From: a virus
Taxonomy: Duplodnaviria > Caudoviricetes
Length of the DNA: 64,000 nt
Virus record (IMG/VR): IMGVR_UViG_3300042344_000236
Coordinates: 229-64,228 of that record
Reading direction: 5' to 3' (one strand)
Positions 10,355 through 18,990 of this stretch are shown here, piece by piece (within the stretch, counting starts at the first letter, position 1; every line of letters begins with the position of its first letter). Under the pieces are notes generated by a model, which worked only from the letters and a program-made list of their open reading frames with translations, made no database searches and was not told where the DNA came from. The position numbers and the translations under genes are program-made.

Positions 10355-10575
10355 AATTTTTCTATTTCTTGTTTTACTTCTTCCCAATAGTCATAAAATG
10401 TATCCGCATCTTCTTCTAGAATAGGCAAGTCCATTTCTAATATTTCATTAACTGTTATTAGTGCACATTGTTTAGCATTATATTCATCAGTAATGTAACC
10501 ATCCACGTCATCCCATTGCTGTGTTGGGGCAATAAACTTCCTAAATAGTTCTTTTGCTTTCTCTCTTGGTGTCAT
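10351..10575 (-). CDS. Hypothetical protein (MTPxEKAKEL...AKQCALI family)
   Basis: Recognisable small phage protein; start set at ATG 10575. Confidence 0.7.
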   Translation of the reverse strand: MTPREKAKELFRKFIAPTQQWDDVDGYITDEYNAKQCALITVNEILEMDLPILEEDADTFYDYWEEVKQEIEKL

Positions 10576-10604
10576 AACTATATAATTAAATAACTTACTT
10601 GGTA

Positions 10605-10874
10605 TCACAAATTGTGATCTTTATTCTGTTCATTCACATGATTAACAGCATCATTTAAGTTTGGTATAAACAAACCTATTGCTTCTTTTAAAGAATTATA
10701 TATGTTCTCAGCATTCTCTCCCCAATACATATCGCAAGAAAAACCGCCTTCATTTATGTGAAATGGTGGTTCTAAAAAATATGATTGATGAAACTCATGA
10801 GGCTTTTGCGTGTATCTCTTACACGCTGACTTCAGTGGGCAGTCAATCCCAGGACACATTGTTATATCGCTCAT
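10605..10874 (-). CDS. Small Cys-rich protein (MSDITMC..CP....C.RY)
   Basis: Conserved Cys pattern; possible metal-binding protein. Confidence 0.7.
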   Translation of the reverse strand: MSDITMCPGIDCPLKSACKRYTQKPHEFHQSYFLEPPFHINEGGFSCDMYWGENAENIYNSLKEAIGLFIPNLNDAVNHVNEQNKDHNL

Positions 10875-11125
10875 TTTAATTTAAATTTTCTTGTTTCTAC
10901 TTGGCCATTGCTGTATAGCTCTACTTTATATTTACCAGACACAATGTCGTGAAAGTATATTACACTTGCGCTGTCTAGTGGTATCTTTGGAATGTACATC
11001 TTACTATATCTGTACACAGCTATTGAGTCGTACTCAACGCCTAGATTAATTGAATATGCGTCACACTTTTTTGCAGTACTGCAAGACACAAGTAACGCAG
11101 ATAGTATTATTGTTACGTACTTCAT
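10871..11125 (-). CDS. Putative lipoprotein
   Basis: MKYVTIILSALLVSC lipobox-like signal. Confidence 0.55.
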   Translation of the reverse strand: MKYVTIILSALLVSCSTAKKCDAYSINLGVEYDSIAVYRYSKMYIPKIPLDSASVIYFHDIVSGKYKVELYSNGQVETRKFKLK

Positions 11126-11134
11126 ATTGATTAA

Positions 11135-11161
11135 ATTAAAGTGGGTAGCATGACTACCCAC
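11135..11161 (-). terminator. Intrinsic terminator-like hairpin after SSB
   Basis: GTGGGTAG-TCATG-CTACCCAC followed by TTTAATTT on the minus strand. Confidence 0.55.
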
Positions 11162-11177
11162 CTTGATTAGCAGCAGA

Positions 11178-11498
11178 TTAAAACGGTAACGGCTCCTCCT
11201 CGTTTACTGGTGTTGCCTTTGGGGCTTCACCTAGAGACTCAACTCTCCAAGCCTCAATGTTGTTAAAGTATTTGCCGTTATACTCTCGTCCACGAATTCT
11301 AAACGATACCTCAACCTCTTGTCCCTCCACAAACTTGTCAAGAACGTCAACATTCTTTTGAGTTAGCTGAAACAAAATATCCTGTGGATACTGATCGTGT
11401 GGCTCGTTCAATACGAACTCTCTCTTTGTGAACTTCTCGCTCACTTGTACTGATGGGTTTATAACCTTTAAAACCCCCTTCATTTTAAAATCACTCAT
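11178..11498 (-). CDS. Single-stranded DNA-binding protein (DUF3127-like)
   Basis: KREFVL...YPQ.I.FQL...FRIRGREYNGKYFNNIEAWR, acidic EEPLPF tail. Confidence 0.85.
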   Translation of the reverse strand: MSDFKMKGVLKVINPSVQVSEKFTKREFVLNEPHDQYPQDILFQLTQKNVDVLDKFVEGQEVEVSFRIRGREYNGKYFNNIEAWRVESLGEAPKATPVNEEEPLPF

Positions 11499-12280
11499 TT
11501 GTTTTTATTATTTAGGTAATTAAAATACATTTTTGCATACTCCTCAGCCAACCTCAACTGACCATCCATCCAAACAATGTCATCGTCTGTTAGCTCTACT
11601 TTCACAATCGTCACTCTCAAGTTATCACTCAACTCATCCATGTAGTGCAAAACATCTGTCTCGTTGTCTGGAATCAACTCCTCTGGCGTGTTGCTCAACA
11701 CAAACGCAACCTCTCCGTCTCTCCATTTTTGGCCCGTTGTTTTTTCAAGCATGTAAAGATAGTGTTTTACTTGCCAATCGTAACCACTTTCTTTAACTTT
11801 TTTTAGTGCCTTGACATCGCTCTTAGGCATTGTCTTCTTAGACCACGGACTCTTTATGTCAATTACCTTGCGTAAGATAGGGTCAACAATGTCAGGGTGA
11901 CCAGTAGATATTCCGTATGATAAGAATCCATACTCGTCAATTGGCATTAGCTTCTCATAGTCTGTGAACATGACCCTGTTGTACACGTTGATAGACTCGT
12001 CCTCAACCATTGTACCCTTGGTCATCTCTCTGGTATTCACGGTAGTTCTAAAGTCGTACACCCTCTCGTCAATCATATCCTCTATGTACGTCTTAGCACC
12101 ATCGCTCAACTCATCTATCCTGTTCATCCTGTCAGTTAGTCCGTTCATCTCCTCGGTCTGCTTGAACGTTCTGTCTTCCTTAGACATCAACATGTCTAGC
12201 TTTTCTTTCTGCTTGTCTGTCAGTCCTCCCCGTTTTCCAGAGAAGAGTGGGTGACAACTTGATGATCTTACGTTAATCAT
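11495..12280 (-). CDS. PD-(D/E)xK exonuclease (YqaJ/lambda-exonuclease-like)
   Basis: RSS; KGT..E; GHPDIV...DIKSPW; YDWQ..HY. Confidence 0.8.
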   Translation of the reverse strand: MINVRSSSCHPLFSGKRGGLTDKQKEKLDMLMSKEDRTFKQTEEMNGLTDRMNRIDELSDGAKTYIEDMIDERVYDFRTTVNTREMTKGTMVEDESINVYNRVMFTDYEKLMPIDEYGFLSYGISTGHPDIVDPILRKVIDIKSPWSKKTMPKSDVKALKKVKESGYDWQVKHYLYMLEKTTGQKWRDGEVAFVLSNTPEELIPDNETDVLHYMDELSDNLRVTIVKVELTDDDIVWMDGQLRLAEEYAKMYFNYLNNKNK

Positions 12281-12752
12281 TGCTAAACATTTTTAGTTGG
12301 TCCTCAGTAATGATGTACTGTTTCTTGATTTTATCAATCGTTGTTCGCCCAGACTTCACAGCGTCAATAGCCTTTGTCAACTGATCGTCAGTAAGTAAAG
12401 GAAGCTCCTTCTTTGGCAACGGACGAGTGCTGAATCTCAGCGCATCGACCAGTCCTTGAGGACTCTTGACCTTCTCAGTTGTTATTACGATTGTCTTGCC
12501 AACGTAGTCGTTCGGGTCGAAAGAATTAAAGAATGTCTCAAGCCTCTTGAAGTTTGAGCGATTGCATACCATGGGCTTCTCAAACTCTTTGAGCTTGACG
12601 AACACCTTGTCCTCCTTGCCCATCTCTCCCACAAACGTGTCTTGATAGATTTTGTCAATTGTTACTTCTTTCGGCTCATACTTGCCGTTTACCTCCAAGT
12701 CCCATGCTCCCATGTACTTGTTGTCTTTCATTAGATTTCTCCAGTGTGCCAT
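12273..12752 (-). CDS. Putative ssDNA-binding/annealing partner of the exonuclease
   Basis: Adjacent to exonuclease and SSB; predicted OB-like beta fold. Confidence 0.45.
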   Translation of the reverse strand: MAHWRNLMKDNKYMGAWDLEVNGKYEPKEVTIDKIYQDTFVGEMGKEDKVFVKLKEFEKPMVCNRSNFKRLETFFNSFDPNDYVGKTIVITTEKVKSPQGLVDALRFSTRPLPKKELPLLTDDQLTKAIDAVKSGRTTIDKIKKQYIITEDQLKMFSND

Positions 12753-12767
12753 ATTATATTTAATTGA

Positions 12768-13172
12768 TTACAAAGATTTTAAAATTTTCTCTAATCTCAC
12801 AAAAAAACTTTCTTTTTTTACAGAAAGTTTTAAGCTCCTACGCTTAAGGCTCTCAATGTCGTAAGACCCTGGGTTGAACTCAGATATGCGAATCATATTG
12901 TTTATGATGCCCAACTTCCTGTCACATACGTCAATGTTAACCTTAAGACAACCAGCCTCCCACCCTATATTCTCAAAGAACAAAGACTGCTCACCAGTTA
13001 TCGGCTCGTAAAAATCAGATGCCGTCATCGTGTTCATTATCCTAACAGAGCCGTCCTTGTCAAACTTCTCTATCTTCACTCCGTTGTCAATGAACCAAGA
13101 ACTATCTAGTGTTCTGAATATTCTATTCTCAGGGTCGGAGACTATTCTGTCCCATACTTTCTCAGTACTCAT
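12768..13172 (-). CDS. Hypothetical phage protein
   Basis: ORF; start set at ATG 13172. Confidence 0.6.
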   Translation of the reverse strand: MSTEKVWDRIVSDPENRIFRTLDSSWFIDNGVKIEKFDKDGSVRIMNTMTASDFYEPITGEQSLFFENIGWEAGCLKVNIDVCDRKLGIINNMIRISEFNPGSYDIESLKRRSLKLSVKKESFFVRLEKILKSL

Positions 13173-13590
13173 GATTCTTTCTTTTATTTTTTTCAGGGTC
13201 AAAATATAGCATGTATCCGTCACTAACAAAGAAGTCAATGTACTCAATGTAGCATACCAAGAACACACTCTCGTAACCAGTAACGCCTCTCGTTACTAAT
13301 GTTACATAAACGTTGTCAGTATTTTCTTTCTTGTAGAAGAATGAGAATATCGGAGTGTTTGGAAACTTCTTGTAGTTGACTACGGTCTTTGTTGTATCGA
13401 CTCCGTTCATGTACAGGGCAACCTTGTGAGCCCTAATTGCATCGTAAACGTTGTCAAACTCCTTGTGGTACTCCCTCTCTATTCCGTTCTCTCCCATCTC
13501 AACAGACTGGTATCCTGACGGAAGTTTTAACTGAGCATTACCAATGTAACTTATAAGCAACATCGGTAGAATTAATTTAATTGTTTTCAT
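13162..13590 (-). CDS. Secreted protein with signal peptide
   Basis: MKTIKLILPMLLISYIGNA|Q, Bacteroidota-type signal with Gln at +1. Confidence 0.6.
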   Translation of the reverse strand: MKTIKLILPMLLISYIGNAQLKLPSGYQSVEMGENGIEREYHKEFDNVYDAIRAHKVALYMNGVDTTKTVVNYKKFPNTPIFSFFYKKENTDNVYVTLVTRGVTGYESVFLVCYIEYIDFFVSDGYMLYFDPEKNKRKNHEY

Positions 13591-13600
13591 TACTTTTTTT

Positions 13601-14056
13601 TTAATCGTTTAACATAAATGTGTGGGCAGACTTACTGCCAGACATACTGAACTCGTATGTGTCAGACTCGCACGTGATGTCTCCCGTCCTGATAATCATC
13701 TTGGTTGACTTGTGGAAGTCATCAACAAATCCCTCCTTGCTGTTCATATCTAGAAATATGTATACAGACTTGTGGTCCTTTGATACCATCGATGCAGACT
13801 GGTACTTCTTGTAAGAACCATTGACCACGAGTGCCATCTCAACGAGAGACTGCTCGTCACAAACGTATACGTTGGTTATGTAAAGAACTACGTCTCCGTT
13901 GATGTTCTCCATCTTGAGTATGGAGCTACCTGTTCCTGAGTTGTACGCTATCTTGTACGGATCGTCAATGCCGTTGTCTACCTTTTGATATTTCCACTGG
14001 GACATGGCTTGTGTTGTTACTAGCGATAGTGCTAGCGATAAAATTAGATTTCTCAT
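13601..14056 (-). CDS. Secreted/periplasmic protein
   Basis: MRNLILSLALSLVTTQAMS|QW signal peptide; two Cys. Confidence 0.65.
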   Translation of the reverse strand: MRNLILSLALSLVTTQAMSQWKYQKVDNGIDDPYKIAYNSGTGSSILKMENINGDVVLYITNVYVCDEQSLVEMALVVNGSYKKYQSASMVSKDHKSVYIFLDMNSKEGFVDDFHKSTKMIIRTGDITCESDTYEFSMSGSKSAHTFMLND

Positions 14057-14217
14057 GTTAAAATAGTTTACTAAATGATATAATAATTCCAAACGTACAT
14101 ATGGTTGTAACTAGAAGAAAAACTAGTGTTAGCTTACCTGAAATGTGTATGCTCTTGATGGATAGTATGTACGAGACTGCCCAACATAGAGTCCATAAAA
14201 ATAAATCTCTCATTGTG

Positions 14218-14409
14218 TTATTTTTTTAGTTCATCAATATATCCTAACACGAATCCAATCGCCACGAGGAGATTCATTCCTGCCGACATTATTACCTCGT
14301 GGATGTCCTCGTATACATTCAACGATAGGTGTACGTGCCCTACAACCCAGAACGGGATGCTTAAATTTTGACTTATCCATAGTAATGTGTATTTAATTAG
14401 TTTAGACAT
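14218..14409 (-). CDS. Small membrane protein
   Basis: Two hydrophobic segments; start set at ATG 14409. Confidence 0.55.
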   Translation of the reverse strand: MSKLIKYTLLWISQNLSIPFWVVGHVHLSLNVYEDIHEVIMSAGMNLLVAIGFVLGYIDELKK

Positions 14410-14569
14410 GGCTTCTGAGTTATTATCTGTACGACAGCCCTCTCTATTGATATTACCTTCGCTAGAGGTAGTGCCATCTCGAAAAATACTAGTGCCTGAC
14501 TCTTGCCATAGCACATGATGTACAGGGTGGACTCCTCACCATCCTGCGTGAACCTTATCAGATATCTTT

Positions 14570-14839
14570 TCATAGCTCTAGTGTTACTTCGGTTATTACA
14601 CTCTCTTCGTAAAACGGCAGGTCGTGGTCCTCAACTATGTATGCCGATACCATGTTGTTTAGCCAGTCCTTATCGTTTCTAAAGTTATCCCTTGCGTGGT
14701 AGTCAAAACACACATCATACGTTTTGCCCCTTAGTTCAACCCTTGACCACTCGTTCAGGTTGTCAAAAAATATCTCTACAAAGTCATCACATACAGATAG
14801 GATTATTGATCGGTAGAACGGATTTACTTTTGCTTTCAT
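14570..14839 (-). CDS. Hypothetical acidic protein
   Basis: ORF. Confidence 0.6.
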   Translation of the reverse strand: MKAKVNPFYRSIILSVCDDFVEIFFDNLNEWSRVELRGKTYDVCFDYHARDNFRNDKDWLNNMVSAYIVEDHDLPFYEESVITEVTLEL

Positions 14840-14840
14840 A

Positions 14841-15190
14841 ATGTTGGTTTGTGTTGGTTTATGTTGGTTTTGTGTTGATTTTTTTTTCTTAAACCCTTGA
14901 TTTTACTAGGTTAGTGTTAAAATGTTAATTTTTATACCCTAATTCGAAAATAAAAAAAAATATATATATATAGTATAGTAATATATAGAAAAAAATATTT
15001 CTGAATATTTTGGGCAAAAAATTGACATTTCGACATTTTTAAGCGTAAGTCCTTGTAAATAAAGGTTTTAAGTTGTGTTGATTTCATTTAGAATCAACAT
15101 CGGTCAACACTAGAAACATTATCGTTATTCCTAAAAGACTGATAGTCAGATAGTTATGCGTATCTTCAGGAATGTCGATTTTTCTTTTGC
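14841..15190. repeat. Candidate replication origin: 10-bp tandem repeats, AT-rich tract, inverted repeats
   Basis: (A/G)TGTTGGTTT x3 plus variant at 14841-14880; A/TA tract 14946-15000; TGTTGATT/AATCAACA at 15076-15099. Confidence 0.5.
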
Positions 15191-15241
15191 TTAGAATCCA
15201 TACAAATAGTACGAATATCATGGTCATTTTGCCTATTGTTT

Positions 15242-15511
15242 TCATGGCTGTAGTTTTGATATGAATAAATATAGATTGTCTCCACTAGTTCTGGAGCATA
15301 GGTAGTAGTCGTGGTCAACCAACAGGTCTATCTCTTGGTAGATGTAACTTCTGACGTGTTGACTGACTGATTGATTGTCTGTGAACTTGTAGCTGACCAT
15401 TGTGTCTTCTTGAATTTCAAAGATTCCTTCGTGATGGTCTTCTCCGAGAGGGATGGAGAACATCGCTCCACCCTCTTCGAAAGTTTTTTGTGCAAATTTT
15501 ATTAGATTCAT
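15242..15511 (-). CDS. Hypothetical early protein
   Basis: ORF. Confidence 0.6.
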   Translation of the reverse strand: MNLIKFAQKTFEEGGAMFSIPLGEDHHEGIFEIQEDTMVSYKFTDNQSVSQHVRSYIYQEIDLLVDHDYYLCSRTSGDNLYLFISKLQP

Positions 15512-15521
15512 TTCACAATCA

Positions 15522-15746
15522 TCATTTAAGTTCTACAATCGTGTTTAGGTTAATCATCCTAAACTCTTTCTTGTGCATGTCGAACACAACCATCAATCCC
15601 TTGTCAGATGGATTGAACGACATACCTACTCCCTTTACTCCCTTTCGAACTCCTAGCCTTGCGACCATTCTTCTAAGAGAACCATCCTTCTTGATAAAGG
15701 TTACAGAAAACATCCTGTTGCCCTTTGCTAAAATTTGATCTTTCAT
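15522..15746 (-). CDS. SH3/Sm-like beta-barrel protein (WYL_2/DUF2693-like)
   Basis: FSVTFIKKDGSLRRM...VFDM.KKEFRMIN. Confidence 0.65.
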   Translation of the reverse strand: MKDQILAKGNRMFSVTFIKKDGSLRRMVARLGVRKGVKGVGMSFNPSDKGLMVVFDMHKKEFRMINLNTIVELK

Positions 15747-15899
15747 TTTGATTCTATTTTGGTTATTAATTCTTTTAACTTTTCTTCTGGAACATCCTTC
15801 GATAGTTCGCACACTAGCTCCAACAATTTTGTTGAGTTGCCAGTTAGGTCTATTAGCTCAATTAAGAACTTTGCTCTTGTTGTCATAAGTTCGAAAATA

Positions 15900-16124
15900 T
15901 TAAAAGTTTAGTTTGTCAAATTCAGTGTACATGTCTGCATACTCTAATGGAAATCTATCCTTTAGTGCTTGGAGTAATACATCGTTGTCATACTGCTCAT
16001 ATCCATCTCGTTCTGCGTTAACGATTGGTTGTATGACCTCAGCTATTTGGTCATCGTCTAGAGTTGTTACTAGATAGAAGTCCTCTTCCATCCATGCCGT
16101 TGTGTTGATTCTAATTACTCTCAT
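15900..16124 (-). CDS. Hypothetical acidic early protein
   Basis: ORF with conserved leader. Confidence 0.65.
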   Translation of the reverse strand: MRVIRINTTAWMEEDFYLVTTLDDDQIAEVIQPIVNAERDGYEQYDNDVLLQALKDRFPLEYADMYTEFDKLNF

Positions 16125-16126
16125 GA

Positions 16127-16363
16127 TTACTTTATTTTTTCGGTTATTATTTCTACGCTTACACCTATAGCATAAAATATTTGCTCTATAGTGTATTCAT
16201 TTGTTAGTGCCATGTCTAACGCTGTCATCTTTTGTTCGTCAGTTAGGCTATCATCCTTTACGTCATGGATGCTCCATAGATTGTCTACGTAGTACCCTGC
16301 TTGCTTTAAAACTAACTTTGCGTTAGCTATTGCCATTAGTCTTGAATCTGAGAAATTTTCCAT
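16127..16363 (-). CDS. Hypothetical early protein
   Basis: ORF (LWSIHDV motif). Confidence 0.65.
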   Translation of the reverse strand: MENFSDSRLMAIANAKLVLKQAGYYVDNLWSIHDVKDDSLTDEQKMTALDMALTNEYTIEQIFYAIGVSVEIITEKIK

Positions 16364-16368
16364 TGTTA

Positions 16369-16536
16369 TTAGATTTTATTGATTAAAAATGATGACACAT
16401 CGTTCCATGATGTTGTCGCTATTATATCCCTTGCGTATGCCTCAGCATCTTCGTAGCTGAACTGCTCAGTCCATTTGACCATTAGCTCGTTCTGATTGTT
16501 GTCGTAGAAGACAACTTGAAATTTTGATAGTTCCAT
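16369..16536 (-). CDS. Hypothetical 55-aa early protein (not in ORF track)
   Basis: MELSKFQVVFYD...LINKI, preceded by the repeated leader TTAAAACAAGTAACC. Confidence 0.6.
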   Translation of the reverse strand: MELSKFQVVFYDNNQNELMVKWTEQFSYEDAEAYARDIIATTSWNDVSSFLINKI

Positions 16537-16551
16537 GGTTACTTGTTTTAA

Positions 16552-16812
16552 TTATGATTTAAAGTATAGTTCTCCAACACTGAAGTATCGGTCTAACGAT
16601 GGAGTCTCGACTATAGTTACTAGTCTTCCAGATTTTAATCCATCTATGTAGAACTCTGCATACTCATCGTCAGATTGTTCTAGTATCTTAATGACATTTG
16701 TGTTATCAACTCTCGTTACTCCGTACATTGGAGTATGAGTAAATGCCATTCTTACCATTGGGAATACATCTCCAATTATTTTTCTGTAGTGACCTGTGGG
16801 TGCTGTTTTCAT
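16552..16812 (-). CDS. Hypothetical early protein
   Basis: ORF with repeated leader. Confidence 0.65.
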   Translation of the reverse strand: MKTAPTGHYRKIIGDVFPMVRMAFTHTPMYGVTRVDNTNVIKILEQSDDEYAEFYIDGLKSGRLVTIVETPSLDRYFSVGELYFKS

Positions 16813-16840
16813 GATTACTTGTTTTAAAGGTTAATTATTT

Positions 16841-17056
16841 TTACATTTCTATTCCGTACTCTATTGCTCTCATCTCGTCTATGTCACCATCCTTGGTCAG
16901 TATGCCTGTATCGATTAATCGAGATGCCATCCTACCATAGTGTCCCTGTAGAGACCAAGCCATTCCGTTTCTTACTAGTTCTGCGAACAGGTACACCATA
17001 CCTGCCCCGTCTAACATACCTTCTTCGTATGCTATTAGTTTATCAATCATGTCCAT
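16841..17056 (-). CDS. Conserved small phage protein (YEEG...AWSLQGHYGR.A..LI)
   Basis: Recognisable motif of a widespread phage hypothetical family. Confidence 0.7.
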   Translation of the reverse strand: MDMIDKLIAYEEGMLDGAGMVYLFAELVRNGMAWSLQGHYGRMASRLIDTGILTKDGDIDEMRAIEYGIEM

Positions 17057-17237
17057 TTATTTTGTCTATTTGTGTTAAATAATAGTCGTACCACCCATTG
17101 AATCTATCCTGTATTTCTTCAGTATAGTTCTCTCCGTCATACATGTCATCTTCATTATTGCAGATATCTCCCGATTCGTACAATGTTCTGCTGTGAGCTA
17201 GTTCACATGCTAGTTCTAATCTTTGTTCTGTTGTCAT
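17043..17237 (-). CDS. Hypothetical acidic early protein
   Basis: ORF (YTEEIQDRFNGWYDYY). Confidence 0.65.
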   Translation of the reverse strand: MTTEQRLELACELAHSRTLYESGDICNNEDDMYDGENYTEEIQDRFNGWYDYYLTQIDKINGHD

Positions 17238-17242
17238 GATTT

Positions 17243-17509
17243 CTAGTTATTAAATTCGTTACCATCCTCATCGTACCAATCGTCCTCATCTACCTCCTCC
17301 CACTCGGTGTAGTAGTACAACTCCTCCTCGTAGTAGTGGTTCATCATTAATTTGTCTGATTTAAAGTTTAGGCTTTCTTCTTTAGCAACACCTTTCAACC
17401 ATTCGATTAAGTGTTTCTTCTCAGAGAAGTGGAGGTCACCTGCTCCAACAACATAACCCTCGTTCATGCCCACTCCTGTGGCATCACATTTTCTTGCATA
17501 TTTTTCCAT
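17243..17509 (-). CDS. Hypothetical acidic early protein
   Basis: ARKCD.TG.GMNEGY...YYTEWE; repeated leader. Confidence 0.7.
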   Translation of the reverse strand: MEKYARKCDATGVGMNEGYVVGAGDLHFSEKKHLIEWLKGVAKEESLNFKSDKLMMNHYYEEELYYYTEWEEVDEDDWYDEDGNEFNN

Positions 17510-17520
17510 GGTTACTTGTT

Positions 17521-17745
17521 TTAAAGGTTAATTTCTTCTATGTATACTCGCTGTAGTCCATCGTCAAGGTGGACATAAAAATCATCTTGTCGGTCTGTGT
17601 ATACCTCCTCAATGAACAGGTGTTCCTGTATGCTGTTCTTTATTTCGGTTAGCCTATCGAATGCCTCAGCAAATGATTCGAAATAATAGTGCTCGTTGTA
17701 GTCTAGACAATCGAACACGTGGTGTACTGCAAATAGTGTTTTCAT
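17521..17745 (-). CDS. Hypothetical early protein
   Basis: ORF. Confidence 0.6.
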   Translation of the reverse strand: MKTLFAVHHVFDCLDYNEHYYFESFAEAFDRLTEIKNSIQEHLFIEEVYTDRQDDFYVHLDDGLQRVYIEEINL

Positions 17746-17883
17746 GTTTAATCAATTTTAAATACGTCCATAATTTTTACTCCTTTTCTGTTCATAAGGA
17801 AATACCAATTGGTGAAATGCTTTTCGTCATTAAAGGTTTTCCTGTATGAGTGAAGACTCCCACATAAAGTCTTTTGTATTATA

Positions 17884-18120
17884 TCATAAGTTACCATTGA
17901 ATCTATCTTTTGTCATTTGTAATAATTCATCCTCGCTGTGCTGTAGTAATTCATCTAGCTTGTTTCGATTGACATCAATTATCCCATGCACTGGGTGTTT
18001 TATGTCATTGATACCCCTCCATTGCTTGTTGCGTTTTAATTGCTCAGTTATGGTCAATTGTCTTGTTGTTCCGTCTAACTTGCGGAAACCTACGTTGTCT
18101 AAAATCTTTCCTGTTTTCAT
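17884..18120 (-). CDS. Hypothetical early protein
   Basis: ORF. Confidence 0.55.
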   Translation of the reverse strand: MKTGKILDNVGFRKLDGTTRQLTITEQLKRNKQWRGINDIKHPVHGIIDVNRNKLDELLQHSEDELLQMTKDRFNGNL

Positions 18121-18145
18121 GGTTTCTATTTTTTATTGGTTATTA

Positions 18146-18400
18146 CTATGCCTCAAATCCTCCCATGTATAACTTTCCGTTCTCATCGAACCATGGTTGA
18201 TATTCACCATGCTCTGCCTCCATGTCATCAGTCTCGAAGAATGTGCTGAAATCAGCTAGTTCTAGCTCGTGACATACACATATTACTTGCATCTCATCAC
18301 CATAGATTGGATGCTCGTAGAATTCAATTACTTGACCTTTGTCGTTCATCATTTTGCCGTAGCTTGTTGGCTTATGTGCCATTAATTTCTTGTAGTTCAT
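18146..18400 (-). CDS. Hypothetical early protein
   Basis: ORF (FYEHPIYGDE motif). Confidence 0.65.
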   Translation of the reverse strand: MNYKKLMAHKPTSYGKMMNDKGQVIEFYEHPIYGDEMQVICVCHELELADFSTFFETDDMEAEHGEYQPWFDENGKLYMGGFEA

Positions 18401-18411
18401 GATTTCTAGAT

Positions 18412-18591
18412 TTAAATATTAGACTTTTTGATTAAAATTCCGCCTCCTACGATGCCAGCGAATAGTACATACACTACCACCATTGCGTGACCTTTGGTGT
18501 CCATTAGGAATCCCGTTACGCTAGATACAACAGGCAATACTATTCCGATTGTTGTCATTGCCATTCCGATTAAAAAAATTACTGCTTTCAT
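18412..18591 (-). CDS. Small two-TM membrane protein (59 aa, not in ORF track)
   Basis: MKAVIFLIGMAMTTIGIVLPVV...VVVYVLFAGIVGGGILIKK. Confidence 0.55.
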   Translation of the reverse strand: MKAVIFLIGMAMTTIGIVLPVVSSVTGFLMDTKGHAMVVVYVLFAGIVGGGILIKKSNI

Positions 18592-18750
18592 GATTATTTG
18601 GTTTTATTGGTTACTTAATTAACGATGCGAAAATGGGATGCGTACACGTTGTGTTCGGATTAGCACTCCATTGTTGAAGAATCCCCATACCTCGAAGACT
18701 CCATCAATTTTGATGATTTTACTTGACATATTACATTTGATTTATTGGTT

Positions 18751-18799
18751 AGTGGTGCATTCGGTATCGCTCCGATAAACTAGTCATTCTAGATGCACC
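18751..18799 (-). ncRNA. Miniature tRNA-like element
   Basis: 7-bp acceptor-like stem GGTGCAT/ATGCACC, CTAG hairpin, T-arm-like TCGG-AGCGATA-CCGA. Confidence 0.45.
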
Positions 18800-18974
18800 T
18801 ATTGTTTTTGCATGCCACGTGAAACTGCATGCTCTCTTCTTTATCCCTATGCTATGCATGGTGTTGACATCATCCACCTGAGTAGTGTAATGATTGTCGT
18901 AGCTTGGAGGAGTCTTTATACTTACCCCGTACTACCCTAGGTCTGACCTACCCCGTTGATGTTTATTGTCTTAC

Positions 18975-18990
18975 CAATATGTCAAAGAAC
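18975..18990 (-). promoter_or_regulatory. boxA-like antitermination element
   Basis: GTTCTTTGACATATTG in the early leader; resembles rRNA-operon boxA. Confidence 0.5.
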
